A DNA stretch of 64,000 bases from Macrostomum lignano (lineage: Eukaryota), in assembly GCA_002269645.1 (NCBI GenBank), contig NIVC01002517.1, forward strand, positions 101,413 to 165,412, in the 5' to 3' direction. A model generated the notes under the pieces. That model was given only the letters and a program-made list of their open reading frames with translations, searched no databases and was not told the origin of the DNA. A program made the translations under genes and the position numbers. Shown here piece after piece: positions 22,441 through 35,112 of this stretch (the first letter of the stretch is position 1; each line of letters opens with the position of its first letter).

Positions 22441-25086
22441 GTTAAATGTACGCTATAGTAATGGAGCCTTGTGGATACTGATGAGGACGCACTTTTTTCC
22501 AAATTTCCCGCTTGCACATGGGTTCCAAACTTGCTAGCTTACTAACAGCAGGCTGTGGGCGTTTTTCTCCTTCTTTTGTAATTTTTCTCGAATTCATACT
22601 AGTAGGACTTCTGTAGCTATATTAATCTGCCATACTTGTAGTAATAATAACATAGGCGCGGTTTTTGGCTGCTTTTGGGTCATAAATCATTTCGTCTGAG
22701 CTGGTCTGACAGCCACCTGCGCCTCACTCAGTGTTGAGACTGGCGCCAGATGGTCTGAGAGGATGCGGGCGGTAGCTTTTTTCTCATCATTTTGACAGGC
22801 CATCAAGATTTATGAGGTCAGGGCCTATTGTTCGGGTTCACTCAAGCGTTTGACAGCTTTGACAGCTATGCGTTTTACCCCTAAAAGTACGTTGGGATTA
22901 GCGATTAGCGATTTCTCTTCATTACCTTCACTTTCTACTTAAATAAGAGCTTTCTAATGTATATTTTTTCATTAATTTCTGTCAATCCTACGCGAAAGGT
23001 CATAAATCATTTTGTTGCGATTTTGATTGATTTATGGCCGAACATGTCATATTTTTACGACCCCGAGGGAACTGATAGGATGTCCCGGTCACGTGACTTT
23101 GGGTGGCAACAAGCTCAGCCAATCAGAAAATTAGACGCTCATTTTAACAAATCGGCTCAGCCAATCAGAATCGACGTGTTCCATTATAACAAACTGCGGT
23201 TACAGCTGCGAAGAACTAAGCCGATTCGGTCACTGTGGATTACCTGGTCTCCGGCTGTTGAGTTTCTGATTGGTTGGGTGAGAGGCTACTTAGACTTGCT
23301 TGATTGGGTGATCCCTTATCTGTCCCCTGTTTCAGTAGCTGGATTAGGCGCACACTTTTGCTCATTTTGTTCAGTAGTGCTGTTACTGAGGCAGAAATCA
23401 TTCAATAATACTGCTAGTAGTCTGAAGCTCCAATTTAATCTGAGGTGTGAAGTGATTCAAGGAGAAGGTTAAATCTGACAGTTATTTTTATCGGTTTTAT
23501 TTCTTTGTTCGCCGATGGCTCAGATGAGTGGCTAAGCTAGTAGGCGCCGGTCATAGTGGACCAATGGCAAGGCAGTTCTCAATCTATCAGGTCAGTGAGC
23601 GAAATTGCCAATAGTGCAATATAGGCGCTAGAGATGTACTCTGTGCACTCTGGATTCGCCAAGCGGCTCGGGTAATGAATCATGCGGTCTCTGATGTTCG
23701 AGTTAGCCTATCATCAGCGCTACGAGAGGCTAGTTGGCGCGTTGAAGGCCAAAAGTACAATTTCTCGTATTTAGCAATGTAATAGTACATGTAACTACCC
23801 CATAGTCTCGCCACTGCAAGAATCCCCTGCACAATTCCCCTCTGTACCTGCATGGCCAATGCGATCTAGTCCCAGCAGTGTCCCTTAACATCAGCTATGA
23901 CTTCGAGATTGACAGCAAAAAGACACTGCACTAGTTGGCAGGTAAGTGCTAAGCCCCTTCTAGTCGGAAGCCCGATTTCGAGAGTCCCGGTTTGGTGAGC
24001 CAGGACGCATGGGCTGGTGGCAGCGGGTTAGTTAATCTGCGAATTAGCTGATCTCTACTTTCAAAATTCTCCCTGCTTGTCTCTCGCTGTCCCTCTCTTA
24101 GCTATAGGACCTAGACTGCTCGCCACACGATCAAGCTACCATGGGGCTGACCATCTGACAGGAGTGGGGGGCCAGGACTCTAATTGATTTATTTCTGAGA
24201 CCTGAGGCCCGAAGGCTTCCCGAAAGGGGACGAAAGGTCGAAACCCATCAATACTATGGATACCCCCACCCCATGCTCCTGGGCTGTGTGCCTGGATTCT
24301 GTGGAAGAGGTCAGACGTCAGCGCCGTTCCTGGTACATGTAAATGTAAATTTCCAAAGTGAGGCAATCCAAAAGGTTTCTATACTGAATAAAATAAGGAA
24401 GCGCATGTGGCGTCATGTGTTGAATCTATAACCTTTACTTACAAAGCCTCATCCCAGCTCCTGCATGTGCTGTAAATATAAATGTAAAAATAACCAATGA
24501 AATACTTATATGAAAACGGTACTGTGCAAGCAAAAAGTGAGAAAAGTTCTCGTGTCTGTTTTACTTCGAATAAAACGCTTCAACTGTGTGAGCAACAAAA
24601 AAAAATTTTGAGCAAGGCGCTTCTAAAACAATGAAAGCGAATAGGTGCCAGTGTTAAAGCGAATTTATCTAGCTTAGCGTTAAAAATGAGAAAACTCTGG
24701 TTATAAAAAGTGAAAGTTCTAAAGAAAGTTTGAGCAATCAGCTAACGAAGCGTTGTTGTGATGGAAGAAAATTATACAAAGGCAGTTTCAGCTGTTTAGG
24801 CAAAAAGATGTCGGCACTGTCAATGCGAGCTTAAGTAAACAGTTTAAATGAGTGGCTGATCAGTTTGTTAAAACAGGCTGAACTCTCGATTCGTGACGTG
24901 CATCTTGTTGACGAAGCTGAAATGCAGAAAAAATTAGTAGAATTTAATAAAAAATCAGACCACTGTTATTAACTCGAGTACAGATATAGCCATATAAATT
25001 ATTTCCAAAAATGCAAACCATGATTTATTACAGTTATGAAATTCTTACTCTGTCATCTCGCTGTTGATAATGGGATACCGTTTAAC

Positions 25087-25187
25087 CTGGGACCAGGGCA
25101 GGTTCTGATGCACTGGGCTGAAGGCGTCCCAGGACCCAATGTCCTTTGATGTGGTTGCGGGCGTCTTGTACTCCACGACTGGGTAGA
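25087..25187 (-). CDS. Candidate internal exon of an unidentified gene
   Basis: Acceptor ttttctgcag and donor cag|gttaaa enclose an open frame YPVVEYKTPATTSKDIGSWDAFSPVHQNLPWSQ in a GC-rich island. Confidence 0.3.
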
Positions 25188-27069
25188 CTGCAGAAAAATT
25201 TCATCAGAAAATTTTTGTAACTATTATTTATACGAAAACAGAAGCAAGGCTTAGGTTAAATTTAAATAACTCATGAATGACAAACCTGATGGATCGTAGT
25301 TCAAATTTAGACTCGACTGTTTCTTCAATTTCGAAGCCATTTTTTAACTTGAAGATAGAATCTGAAAAAAATATTTTTTAGTAATTCAGGTCTCACTTTT
25401 GGACAGAAAATTTTTTTATGTGCAGATTTTATGTGACAGAATTTACATGATGCATGTAAATTATCATTTAAGTAGTCTGCCGAAACGGTTTCCGTCATGA
25501 TTTTTTTCAGTTTATTATTTAACTATTTAATTGTTTTAAATTATATTTTAAATTCCTTTTTTCTAAATTGTTTAGCACGTAAAAAGGTACAAGAGGTTTG
25601 TCAGCAGCTTGTCTAGCACCGAAAACGACTGAATTTATAGAAAGATACCTGAGCTTTTCCGTTTATACGTAAATTTTGTATTGCTTACTTAACATCTACA
25701 TTTTTTCTTCAACGTCTTATACGTTTTCTAAGCAAAATATAAATGATAAAATAAAAACGTTAACTCACAGATGTTTTATTTTTTCAATCTTAGGCTCAGA
25801 TGAGGAGTCGAGGGTCAGAATGCTACTGAAAAGCTCCAGAAAACTGTTGACCACTGTTCAAATGTGAAGTTTATTTTTGCGGATTTTTTTGCTAGACTTC
25901 AAAATTTAAACTCGCGCGAAAAAGTTTCCATGGTTTTCGCGCACGTTTCGTTACAAGTGCGTAAAATTATTGTTTTATTATTTTAGAAGCTTTTGGTTCT
26001 ATCTAAAGGAAACAAGCTTTTAGAAATTTAGGCAATTTTTTAAGGTTAAGCTTCGATTGGTTAAATATTTTTACAGACCCGTTGTCAGGGACTATATTAC
26101 ACGTCGACACGACCGGGTTTTGTTCTTGACTAAGAAACACGAGGTACATTTTAATGTTTTAAGATTACTGCAAAAATTTCAACCGGTAATGGTGTGATTT
26201 TTTGTGATGACAGCTGCCTTTAGTGATCGTCAATTTCAAGTACTTCATTATGAACGACTGACTTACGCAGTTGGGTATGAGAAGGTTGCATGTATGCAGC
26301 ACGCCTAAATGCAGTAAACTCGCCATTTTAAAGATAACTTAAAAGATGAAAGTGCTGCTCATGCTCTCGTAATATGTTTTAAATTTCTTGATTTCTGCAA
26401 TTTTAACTGTAATTGGTAAACGTTTTAAAGCAAAAAATTGTCATTGCCTCCATGTTACGTACATTACGTAATTAATACGTTATTAATACGTAATACGTAC
26501 GTAAATACGTATATACTGCATGCAGGTATATATTTACGTATATACGTAAATACTTATACGTACGTATTAATACGTACGTAATTAATACATTACGTAATAC
26601 GTAATACATATATTACGTATTATGTACGTACATGTTACGTACATGTTACGGTCCTAAGGAAGTTAGTGAATTGCCACAGAATCGGATGTAAACGTACGCT
26701 CGTAAAATTTATTATACACTTAATTAGCCAATTGAACAGATATTCTAAAGCTTTAATTTGTGGTCTTAACTTCCGTATAGCGCAAAGAAGTTATACCGTT
26801 TGAAACTAGCTGCGTTTGAAGCTGTTGCATTTTCACTTCTATGAAAAGAAAAACAAATTTATTTACTACAGAAGGCATGTTAGGTTACACACAGGCGTTG
26901 GCCTTGAAAATAACAAATTTAGTGCGTGTCTTTATAAAGCACGTGAATTCTGGTTAAAAAATTCTAAGCGAGCTCTAATTTAGGAAAAATATCAGGAAAA
27001 CTTCTGCATCAATACACAGCGATTCTTTTGTTGCACAGCCGCATCAAGGATGCAGTCTACGACCTCAAG

Positions 27070-27906
27070 TCAGTCTCTGAGGTACCGATTGTAGAATTCT
27101 CGCACGTTCAAGATCACCTTGCTCTTGTCTCGCATGTGCAGCTCCACGGCCTCAATGTCTGGCAGGCGAATCTCCCTGGCGCCGTACCGTAGGACGGGCA
27201 GCTGCGACTCGCCTGTGGATGCGGCCGGCGGCGGTGGCGGTGGCGGGGGAGGCGGCGGCGGCGCCTGCAGGACTTGTTTCGGTGGAGAAGGAGCAGCAGG
27301 CGGAGACCTCGACCGCTGACTGGCCAGGCCGGCAGGTCCTCCGCCGCTGCGACCGGTGTACACCTCCATGTTGTTCCGATATGTGCCCAGGTCCGGTGGC
27401 GGAGGAGGACTTTGCGAACGTAGATGGTGCTGCTGCCGCTGCTGCTGCTGCTGGAGCTGCTGCGAGTCACGTGGCATCATGCCGGCAGCAGCTGGATTCC
27501 GGTAGCGCTCAACTGACACGGGCGGCGGCGGCTCCCGGCTGCTCGCCAGCGGCTCCGGATCTGGCAGAGGCGGCGGTGGTGGTGGCGGCAGCGCAACCCT
27601 CTGACGCTCCAGGGCTTCTAGCGGCTCTTGCTGACTGTAAGCGCCGTTGTACGGCTTCAAAGGCCACTGCGGCTGACGCTGCTCGTGCTCCTGTTGCAGC
27701 CGCTGCAGCTGCATGGCCTGCTGCTCGGTGAGGAAGTTGCCGTACTCGGCGCCCGCCGTGCTGCTGTGGCTGTTCCTCACGTCCAGTGCGTAGTTTCTCA
27801 GGCCCTCCGGCGCCGTGATCAGCGAGGCTTTCTTGCCGTCGTAGAAATTGCCGTAAGTGTCGTTTGTTGTGAAGCCGGGCATGTAGGTTCTCTTGTAGAT
27901 GGCCAT
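27070..27906 (-). CDS. Uncharacterised Pro/Gln-rich protein (278 aa)
   Basis: ATG-to-TGA ORF with the same GC-rich codon usage as the host genes. It has poly-P and poly-Q tracts and globular-looking termini (C-terminus REIRLPDIEAVELHMRDKSKVILNVREFYNRYLRD). Confidence 0.65.
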   Translation of the reverse strand: MAIYKRTYMPGFTTNDTYGNFYDGKKASLITAPEGLRNYALDVRNSHSSTAGAEYGNFLTEQQAMQLQRLQQEHEQRQPQWPLKPYNGAYSQQEPLEALERQRVALPPPPPPPLPDPEPLASSREPPPPVSVERYRNPAAAGMMPRDSQQLQQQQQRQQHHLRSQSPPPPPDLGTYRNNMEVYTGRSGGGPAGLASQRSRSPPAAPSPPKQVLQAPPPPPPPPPPPPAASTGESQLPVLRYGAREIRLPDIEAVELHMRDKSKVILNVREFYNRYLRD

Positions 27907-28664
27907 TGCTGCGCTGCTACTGACAACGGATCTTGTCTTCCGTTGTTATCGCTTCCCAATGGCAGGGCTGCTCCGCTCTCTTAGAGTCTTTTTAAATTCG
28001 ACGCTCCGTGGCTATAGGGGCTTAAGCCTGCACTGTGAATCGCTGGCAGCGGAAGAGGGCCAACCCCGGCTCTATGGCAACTGCAGCTGTGCGAGAATTG
28101 AGAGCTGCTGCAAGGTGGGCTTGAAGACAGGGCAGAGCGAAAAAGGCTTACCTGCCTTCCCCATCGTCTCCTCGCCCTCCATCTAGCAGCTTGAGTTTGA
28201 GTCTGCAACCAACTTCTTTCTCTTGGAATAATAACGTGCAAGCTGGCGCTACTGTGGGCGAGAGCGAGCGAACTGCATGCAGGGTTTGCTGAGGGAATGA
28301 CAGGAGCTGTACAAGCCTGTGATGCACAGAACACAGTTAGCCTTGTGTACCCACCCCACCCGTGCTAACTTTGAATGCTTTAGAGAGTCACTTCTATTAA
28401 TCCAACGGTATTTTTGGTATAGCAAGGCCCGTGCCTATCAACTGGAGTTTTATTGACAAAACTGTGAGGTCCAGTGTTTAGTTTAATGTTTAATTTTTCT
28501 TATTTCGCAAGAAGCAAAAGTCTCTCCATTAAGTTTCCGGGTTTTATGACAAACATAAGTTTAGTCGATGAAAATGTGCGAGCATATTAATAAGATAGTA
28601 ATTAGCAATAGCAAGATACGCTGTCAGGGTCTTTAGAAGGCAGCTGTCTTTTGAAGGCAGTAGC

Positions 28665-29012
<348 letters not shown>

Positions 29013-29199
29013 CTAAAGGGTGCCTGCAGGGTGCCTGCAGCCCTCCTGTTATTACTATTATTCTATTCTCGATCCCTCTTACTCCTAAAGCACACTTTAA
29101 TAAGAAAGAATAAAATTGAAGCAGGACAAACTATTCCACAAAAGAAACATTGCCTTGGGGTGAAATAAAACTGAAAAGAAAGCGGAATTTTAGCACGCG

Positions 29200-29268
<69 letters not shown>

Positions 29269-29624
29269 TTAGAACTGGTACGCTGGACTCACCACTTGCC
29301 TGGAGGGCTTTTTCCTCTCCTATCCACCCTTATCAATAGACTGACTCAGTCCAAAAAAGTCACGCTTATATTGACGCTTTCATAATTCGTCAAGAAAATT
29401 GTGTTGGAATAGCAGAACTGTTGGAGTCCTGTGTGTGTAGGTCAAGTGCATCTGATTCCTCAATTCTGGCAAAATCATACTGAAAATCTGTTATCCTAAC
29501 ATGTAATTAAGAACAATTATGGACTAAACTATGGGAAAATATATTTCAAAATTGGAACATATTGACAATATTTGAGCTTGACATTGCACTGTTCAGGGAA
29601 TTCTACTTCTTCAATTCTATTTCT

Positions 29625-30175
29625 TTTACCACTCTCTGCTCAGAGCATTCTACTCCCTCAATTCTATCCCTTTCTACTCTCTGCTCAGAGCATTCTATTC
29701 CCTCATTCTATTCCTTTCTACTCTCTGCTCAGAGCATTCTACTCCCTCAATCCAATCCCTTTCTACTCTCTGCTCAGAGCATTCTACTCCCTCAATTCAA
29801 TTCCTTTCTACTCTCTGCTCAGAGCATTCTACTCCCTCAATTCAATTCCTTTCTACTCTCTGCTCAGAGCATTCTACTCCCTCAATCCAATCCCTTTCTA
29901 CTCTCTGCTCAGAGCATTCTACTCCCTCAATCCAATCCCTTTCTACTCTCTGCTCAGAGCATTCTACTCCCTCAATTCAATTCCTTTCTACTCTCTGCTC
30001 AGAGCATTCTACTCCCTCAATTCAATTCCTTTCTACTCTCTGCTCAGAGCATTCTGCTCCCTCAATTCAATTCCTTTCTACTCTCTGCTCAGAGCATTCT
30101 ACTCCCTCAATTCAATTCCTTTCTACTCTCTGCTCAGAGCATTCTACTCCCTCAATTCAATTCCTTTCTACTCTC
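29625..30175. repeat. 45-bp tandem array (~12 copies)
   Basis: Unit agagcattctactccctcaattcaattcctttctactctctgctc, period 45 (29731/29776). Confidence 0.95.
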
Positions 30176-30389
30176 ACCCCAGAGTTCCATACATTAAATT
30201 CCATCCCGTATGCAAAGTTAGGAACCAACTCAATGAGCAAGCTTTTCATTGGCTTAAAGGAACTACTTAAAGGAACTCGCCAATTCGGTTTTATAAGTCT
30301 GGCTCTCGACAAACCAATACAGAAGACCGTCTTTTACTGGCATCTTGAGCTGCCTCTAAAATTTTGTCCAAATTTCAAACAAAAGCGAA

Positions 30390-33300
30390 ATGACCATCTC
30401 CAAGCGTTGGTCGGTTGCGAGAAATCTTCTGGTCCTTCTGCTTCTAATAACGATTGTTCTCAATGGTGAGGTGGGCTTTTGTTTAGATCGATGCTTTCTA
30501 GCTCTGTTCCACACCCTGCATCCACCGTCCTACAAGCTGCACCCTTTGTCCCACACCCTGCACCCTATGTCCCACACCCTGCACCCTCTGTCCCACACCC
30601 TGAACCCTCTGTCCCACACCCTGCACCCTCTGTCCCACACCCTGCACCCTCTGTCCCACACCCTGCACCCTCTGTCCCACACCCTGCACCCTCTGTCCCA
30701 CACCCTGCACCCTCTGTCCCACACCCTGCACCCTCTGTCCCACACCCTGCACCCTCTGTCCCACACCCTGAACCCTCTGTCCTACACCCTGCACCCTCTG
30801 TCCCACACCCTGCACCCTCTGTCCCACACTCTGCACCCTCTGTCCCACACCCTGCACCCTCTGTCCCACACTCTGCACCCTCTGTCCCACACTCTGCACC
30901 CTCTGTCCCACACTCTGCACCCTATGTCCCACACCCTACACCCTCTGTCCTACACCCTGCACCGAAATTTTTTATTTTTTGTGTGCTTAGTTTTTAAAAA
31001 ATGAATTTTTCCTGGCCTAACAAAGTCAATAAGCAGTTCAAAATTCCTTAAAACTTTATTAAACGCGAAGCTACTAAAATTAATTAATCAGAATAGGACT
31101 CTTATTTAGAAGCCGTTATTGCCTACCTCGCGAGGACAGAAAAATCATAAATCATAAATCATAAAGCATAAATCATAAGCCATAAATCATGAATCATATA
31201 TCATAAATCATAAATCATAAATCATAAATCATAAATCATAAAGCATAGATCATAAGTCATAAATCATGAATCATAAATCATAAGTCATAATTTTCAAAGA
31301 CCGACGATATTGATTTTAACTGCTCTACCATGCGATTTGGCCTCAGTGGTTGCCAATCAAAGCTGGTTTGTCCCCCTCCATTGATCAGCAGTTGCTGCCC
31401 TCCCCTACAATTTGCGATGGCGAGCGCTTGAATTGCTAGTCAGTCAATCAGTCAAGTGAGCAGTGCTCAAGAATGGGCGCTCTGATTTGGTGTTGCTACG
31501 CTGATTTAGATGGCTGTTTTAATCTGAGATTTGCGATGAGATCGGAGTGTTGCTGATTTTCATGATGATGAGAATTAATCATTACAAAAAGTTCTGGACA
31601 AATAAAGAGGGTCTATGAAGATTCACGATTCTGATTGCAAAATCTTGTTTTGAGAGTTGGATTGCAAAATCGTGACTCTGATTGCAAAATCGTGACTCTT
31701 ATTGCAAAATCGTGTGTCTGATTGCAGAATCGTGACTCTGATTGCAAAATCGTGTGATTCTGATTGCAAAATCTCGTGAGTCTGATTGCAAAATCGTATG
31801 GGTCAGAATGCAAAATATTGTGAGTCTGATTGCAAAATCTCGTGACTCTGATTGCAGAATCGTGACTCTGATTGTAAAATCGTGTGAGTCTGATTGCAAA
31901 ATCGTGTAGCTCTGATTGCAAAATCGTGAGTCTGATTGCAAAATCGTGTGAGTTTGATTGCAAAATCGTGTGAGCCTGATTGCCAAATCGTGACTCTGAT
32001 TGCAAAATCGTGACTCTGATTGCAAAATCGTGACTCTGATTGCCAAATCGTGACTCTGATTGCCAAATCGTGACTCTGATTGCAAAATCGTGACTCTGAT
32101 TGCAAAATCGTGACTCTGATTACAAAATCTCGTGAGTCTGATTGCAAAATCGTGACTCTGATTGCAGAATCTCGTGAGTCTGATTGCAAAATCGTGACTC
32201 TGATTGCAGAATCTCGTGAGTCTGATTGCAAACTTGTAAGTCTAATTGCTAAATCTCGTGAGTCTGATTGCAAAATCGTGTGAGTCTGATTGCAAAATCG
32301 TGTAAGTCTAATTGCTAAATCTCGTGACTCTGATTGCAAAATCTCGTGAGTCTGATTGCAAAATCGTGTGAGTCTGATTGCAAAATCGTGTGAGTCTGAT
32401 TGCAAAATCTTGTGAGTCTGATTGCAAAATCGTGTGAGTCTGATTGCAAAATCGTGTAAGTCTAATTGCTAAATCTCGTGACTCTGATTGCAAAATCTCG
32501 TGAGTCTGATTGCAAAATCGTGTGAGTCTGATTGCAAAATCTAGTGAGTCTGGTTGCAAAATCTAGTGAGTCTGATTGCAAAATCTAGTGAGTCTGGTTG
32601 CAAAATCTTGTGAGTCTGATTGCAAAATCTCGTGACTCTGATTGCAAAATCGTGACTCTGATTGCAGAATCGTGTGAGTCTGGTTGCAAAATCTCGTGAC
32701 TCTGATTGCAAAATCGTGAGTCTGATTGCAAAATCGTGACTCTGATTGCAAAATCGTGAGTCTGATTGCAAAATCGTGACTCTGATTGCAGAATCGTGTG
32801 AGTCTAATTGCAAAATCGTGACTCTGATTGCAAAATCGTGACTCTGATTGCAGAATCGTGACTCTGATTGCAGAATCGTGACTCTGATTGCAAAATCGTG
32901 TGAGCCTGATTGCCAAATCGTGACTCTGATTGCAAAATCGTGACTCTGATTACAAAATCTCGTGAGCCTGATTGCCAAATCGTGACTCTGATTGCAAAAT
33001 CGTGACTCTGATTACAAAATCTCGTGAGCCTGATTGCCAAATCGTGACTCTGATTGCCAAATCGTGACTCTGATTGCAAAATCGTGAGTCTGATTACAAA
33101 ATCTCGTGAGTCTGATTGCTAAATCTTGTGAGTCTGATTGCAAAATCTTGTGAGTCTGATTGCAAAATCGTGTGAGTCTAATTGCAAAATCGTGTGAGTC
33201 TGATTGCAAAATCTTGTGAGTCTGATTGCAAAATCTTGTGAGTCTGATTGCTAAATCTTGTGAGTCTGATTGCAAAATCGTGTGAGTCTGATTGTTAAAT

Positions 33301-35060
33301 CGTGAGTCTGATTGCAAAATCGTGTGAGTCTGATTGCCAAATCGTGAGTCTGATTGCAAAATCTTGTGAGTCTGATTGCTAAATCTTGTGACTCTGATTG
33401 CAAAATCGTGTGAGTCTGATTGCAAAATCTCGTGAGTCTGATTGCAAAATCTCGTGAGTCTGATTGCAAAATCGTGACTCTGATTGCAAAATCGTGAGTC
33501 TGATTGCAAAATCGTGACTCTGATAGCAAAATCGTGAGTCTGATTGCAAAATCGTGTAGCTCTGATTGCAAAATTGTGTGGCTCTGATTGCAAATATAGG
33601 GAATGTCTGAATGCTGAATCAGTTTTGAAAAGAAAGAGTTTTTTTCATTTTAATATTTTTCATTGAAGTCCCGGAGCGCTGCCTTCAGATTTTTTAATGC
33701 ACTTTCCAGGGATTATGTATTTGTATGCGATAGATACAGATTAATAACGGAAGATATTCAGTAAGGAGGCCTCCATGCAGCTTATATAAGAAACCGTGGG
33801 AGAAGGGATCAAGATCGGAGAATTAGGTGGCCAAAAATGGTGAATAAGATTTGCATTAACCACTGCAATATCCGGACTAGATTATAGTGGGAAAGCAGTA
33901 GTATTGTTATTGATTGGAAAATCTTTTAGCTCCTACGAACTATACAGAGGACCTGACCGCTGGAATATAATCGATTAGCTATGAAAGCCTTGAAAACGGA
34001 ATCAAGCTTGGATCGTTAGAGCTGCACTGACCTCGTTAAAGTTTGTTTAACTGCATGACTTTTCATGCTGCCTCTCGTTATATGCAATCAGACTGACTGA
34101 TAATATTTCTGTAGCCTATGACTGTAGCCTTGAATTTTTTAACCTGCCACTATCCCTCTCAGAACTTCAGTAACCTGCCGCTATCCCTCTCAGAACTCCA
34201 GTAACCTGCCGTTTTCCGCCTCTCGGAACTCCAGTAACCTGCCGCTATCCCTCTCAGAACTTCAGTAACCTGCCGCTATCCCTATCAGAACTCCAGTAAC
34301 CTGCCGCTATCCCTCTCAGAACTCCATCTCATTTCTCCTCGCCCTCCTTCGGTGTCCCAGGCGCCCGCGCCGGTAGAAATGAGAAGCGTCTGCTGCAGCA
34401 CCTGCTTGAAAACAAATCAAATCTGCACAACCCGATGGAGCGGCCTGTTGAGAACGACACCGAGATTCTGTACGTCTGGTTCAAGGTGTCACTGCAGCAG
34501 ATTATCGATGTGGTAAGTTGCCTATCGTTTTGTGGCGCAAATCAGGTTTTACTCCATAATTTTTCCTTGTTTTCACTTTTCATTTTTATAGGATGAGAAA
34601 AATCAAATTCTATTCTCGAGTATTTGGTTGGACTTGGTAAGTGGGCTTCGTGTGTCCAAGTTTTAATTTTGCTCTTTTCTACCGTCAAATTCATTTTTTC
34701 AGTCGTGGACAGATTATCACTTCAAGTGGGACCCCGCGGACTTTGGCAACATCACTAAAATTAACATCGACCCAAAGAGAGTCTGGCGACCGGACGTGCT
34801 GCTGTACAACAGGTTGGAGACTGCTTAGGCTGTCCATAGAGTGAATTCAATTCTTACTCGACCCCCAGTTCCCCCATCCGCTCACCAACTCAGTCTTTTT
34901 TATTAGAGGCATGAGGGCTAACCCTGGTGCACTTAAGGACATTTTCACACATTCTCACACTCGCACAACCGGCGATAGGCATTGCTGCCCATTCCACCGA
35001 CTCCCCTGAGCAGGCACACAAGCGCGCGGATACGTACGCAGTCATACGCACCGGCACACA

Positions 35061-35112
<52 letters not shown>

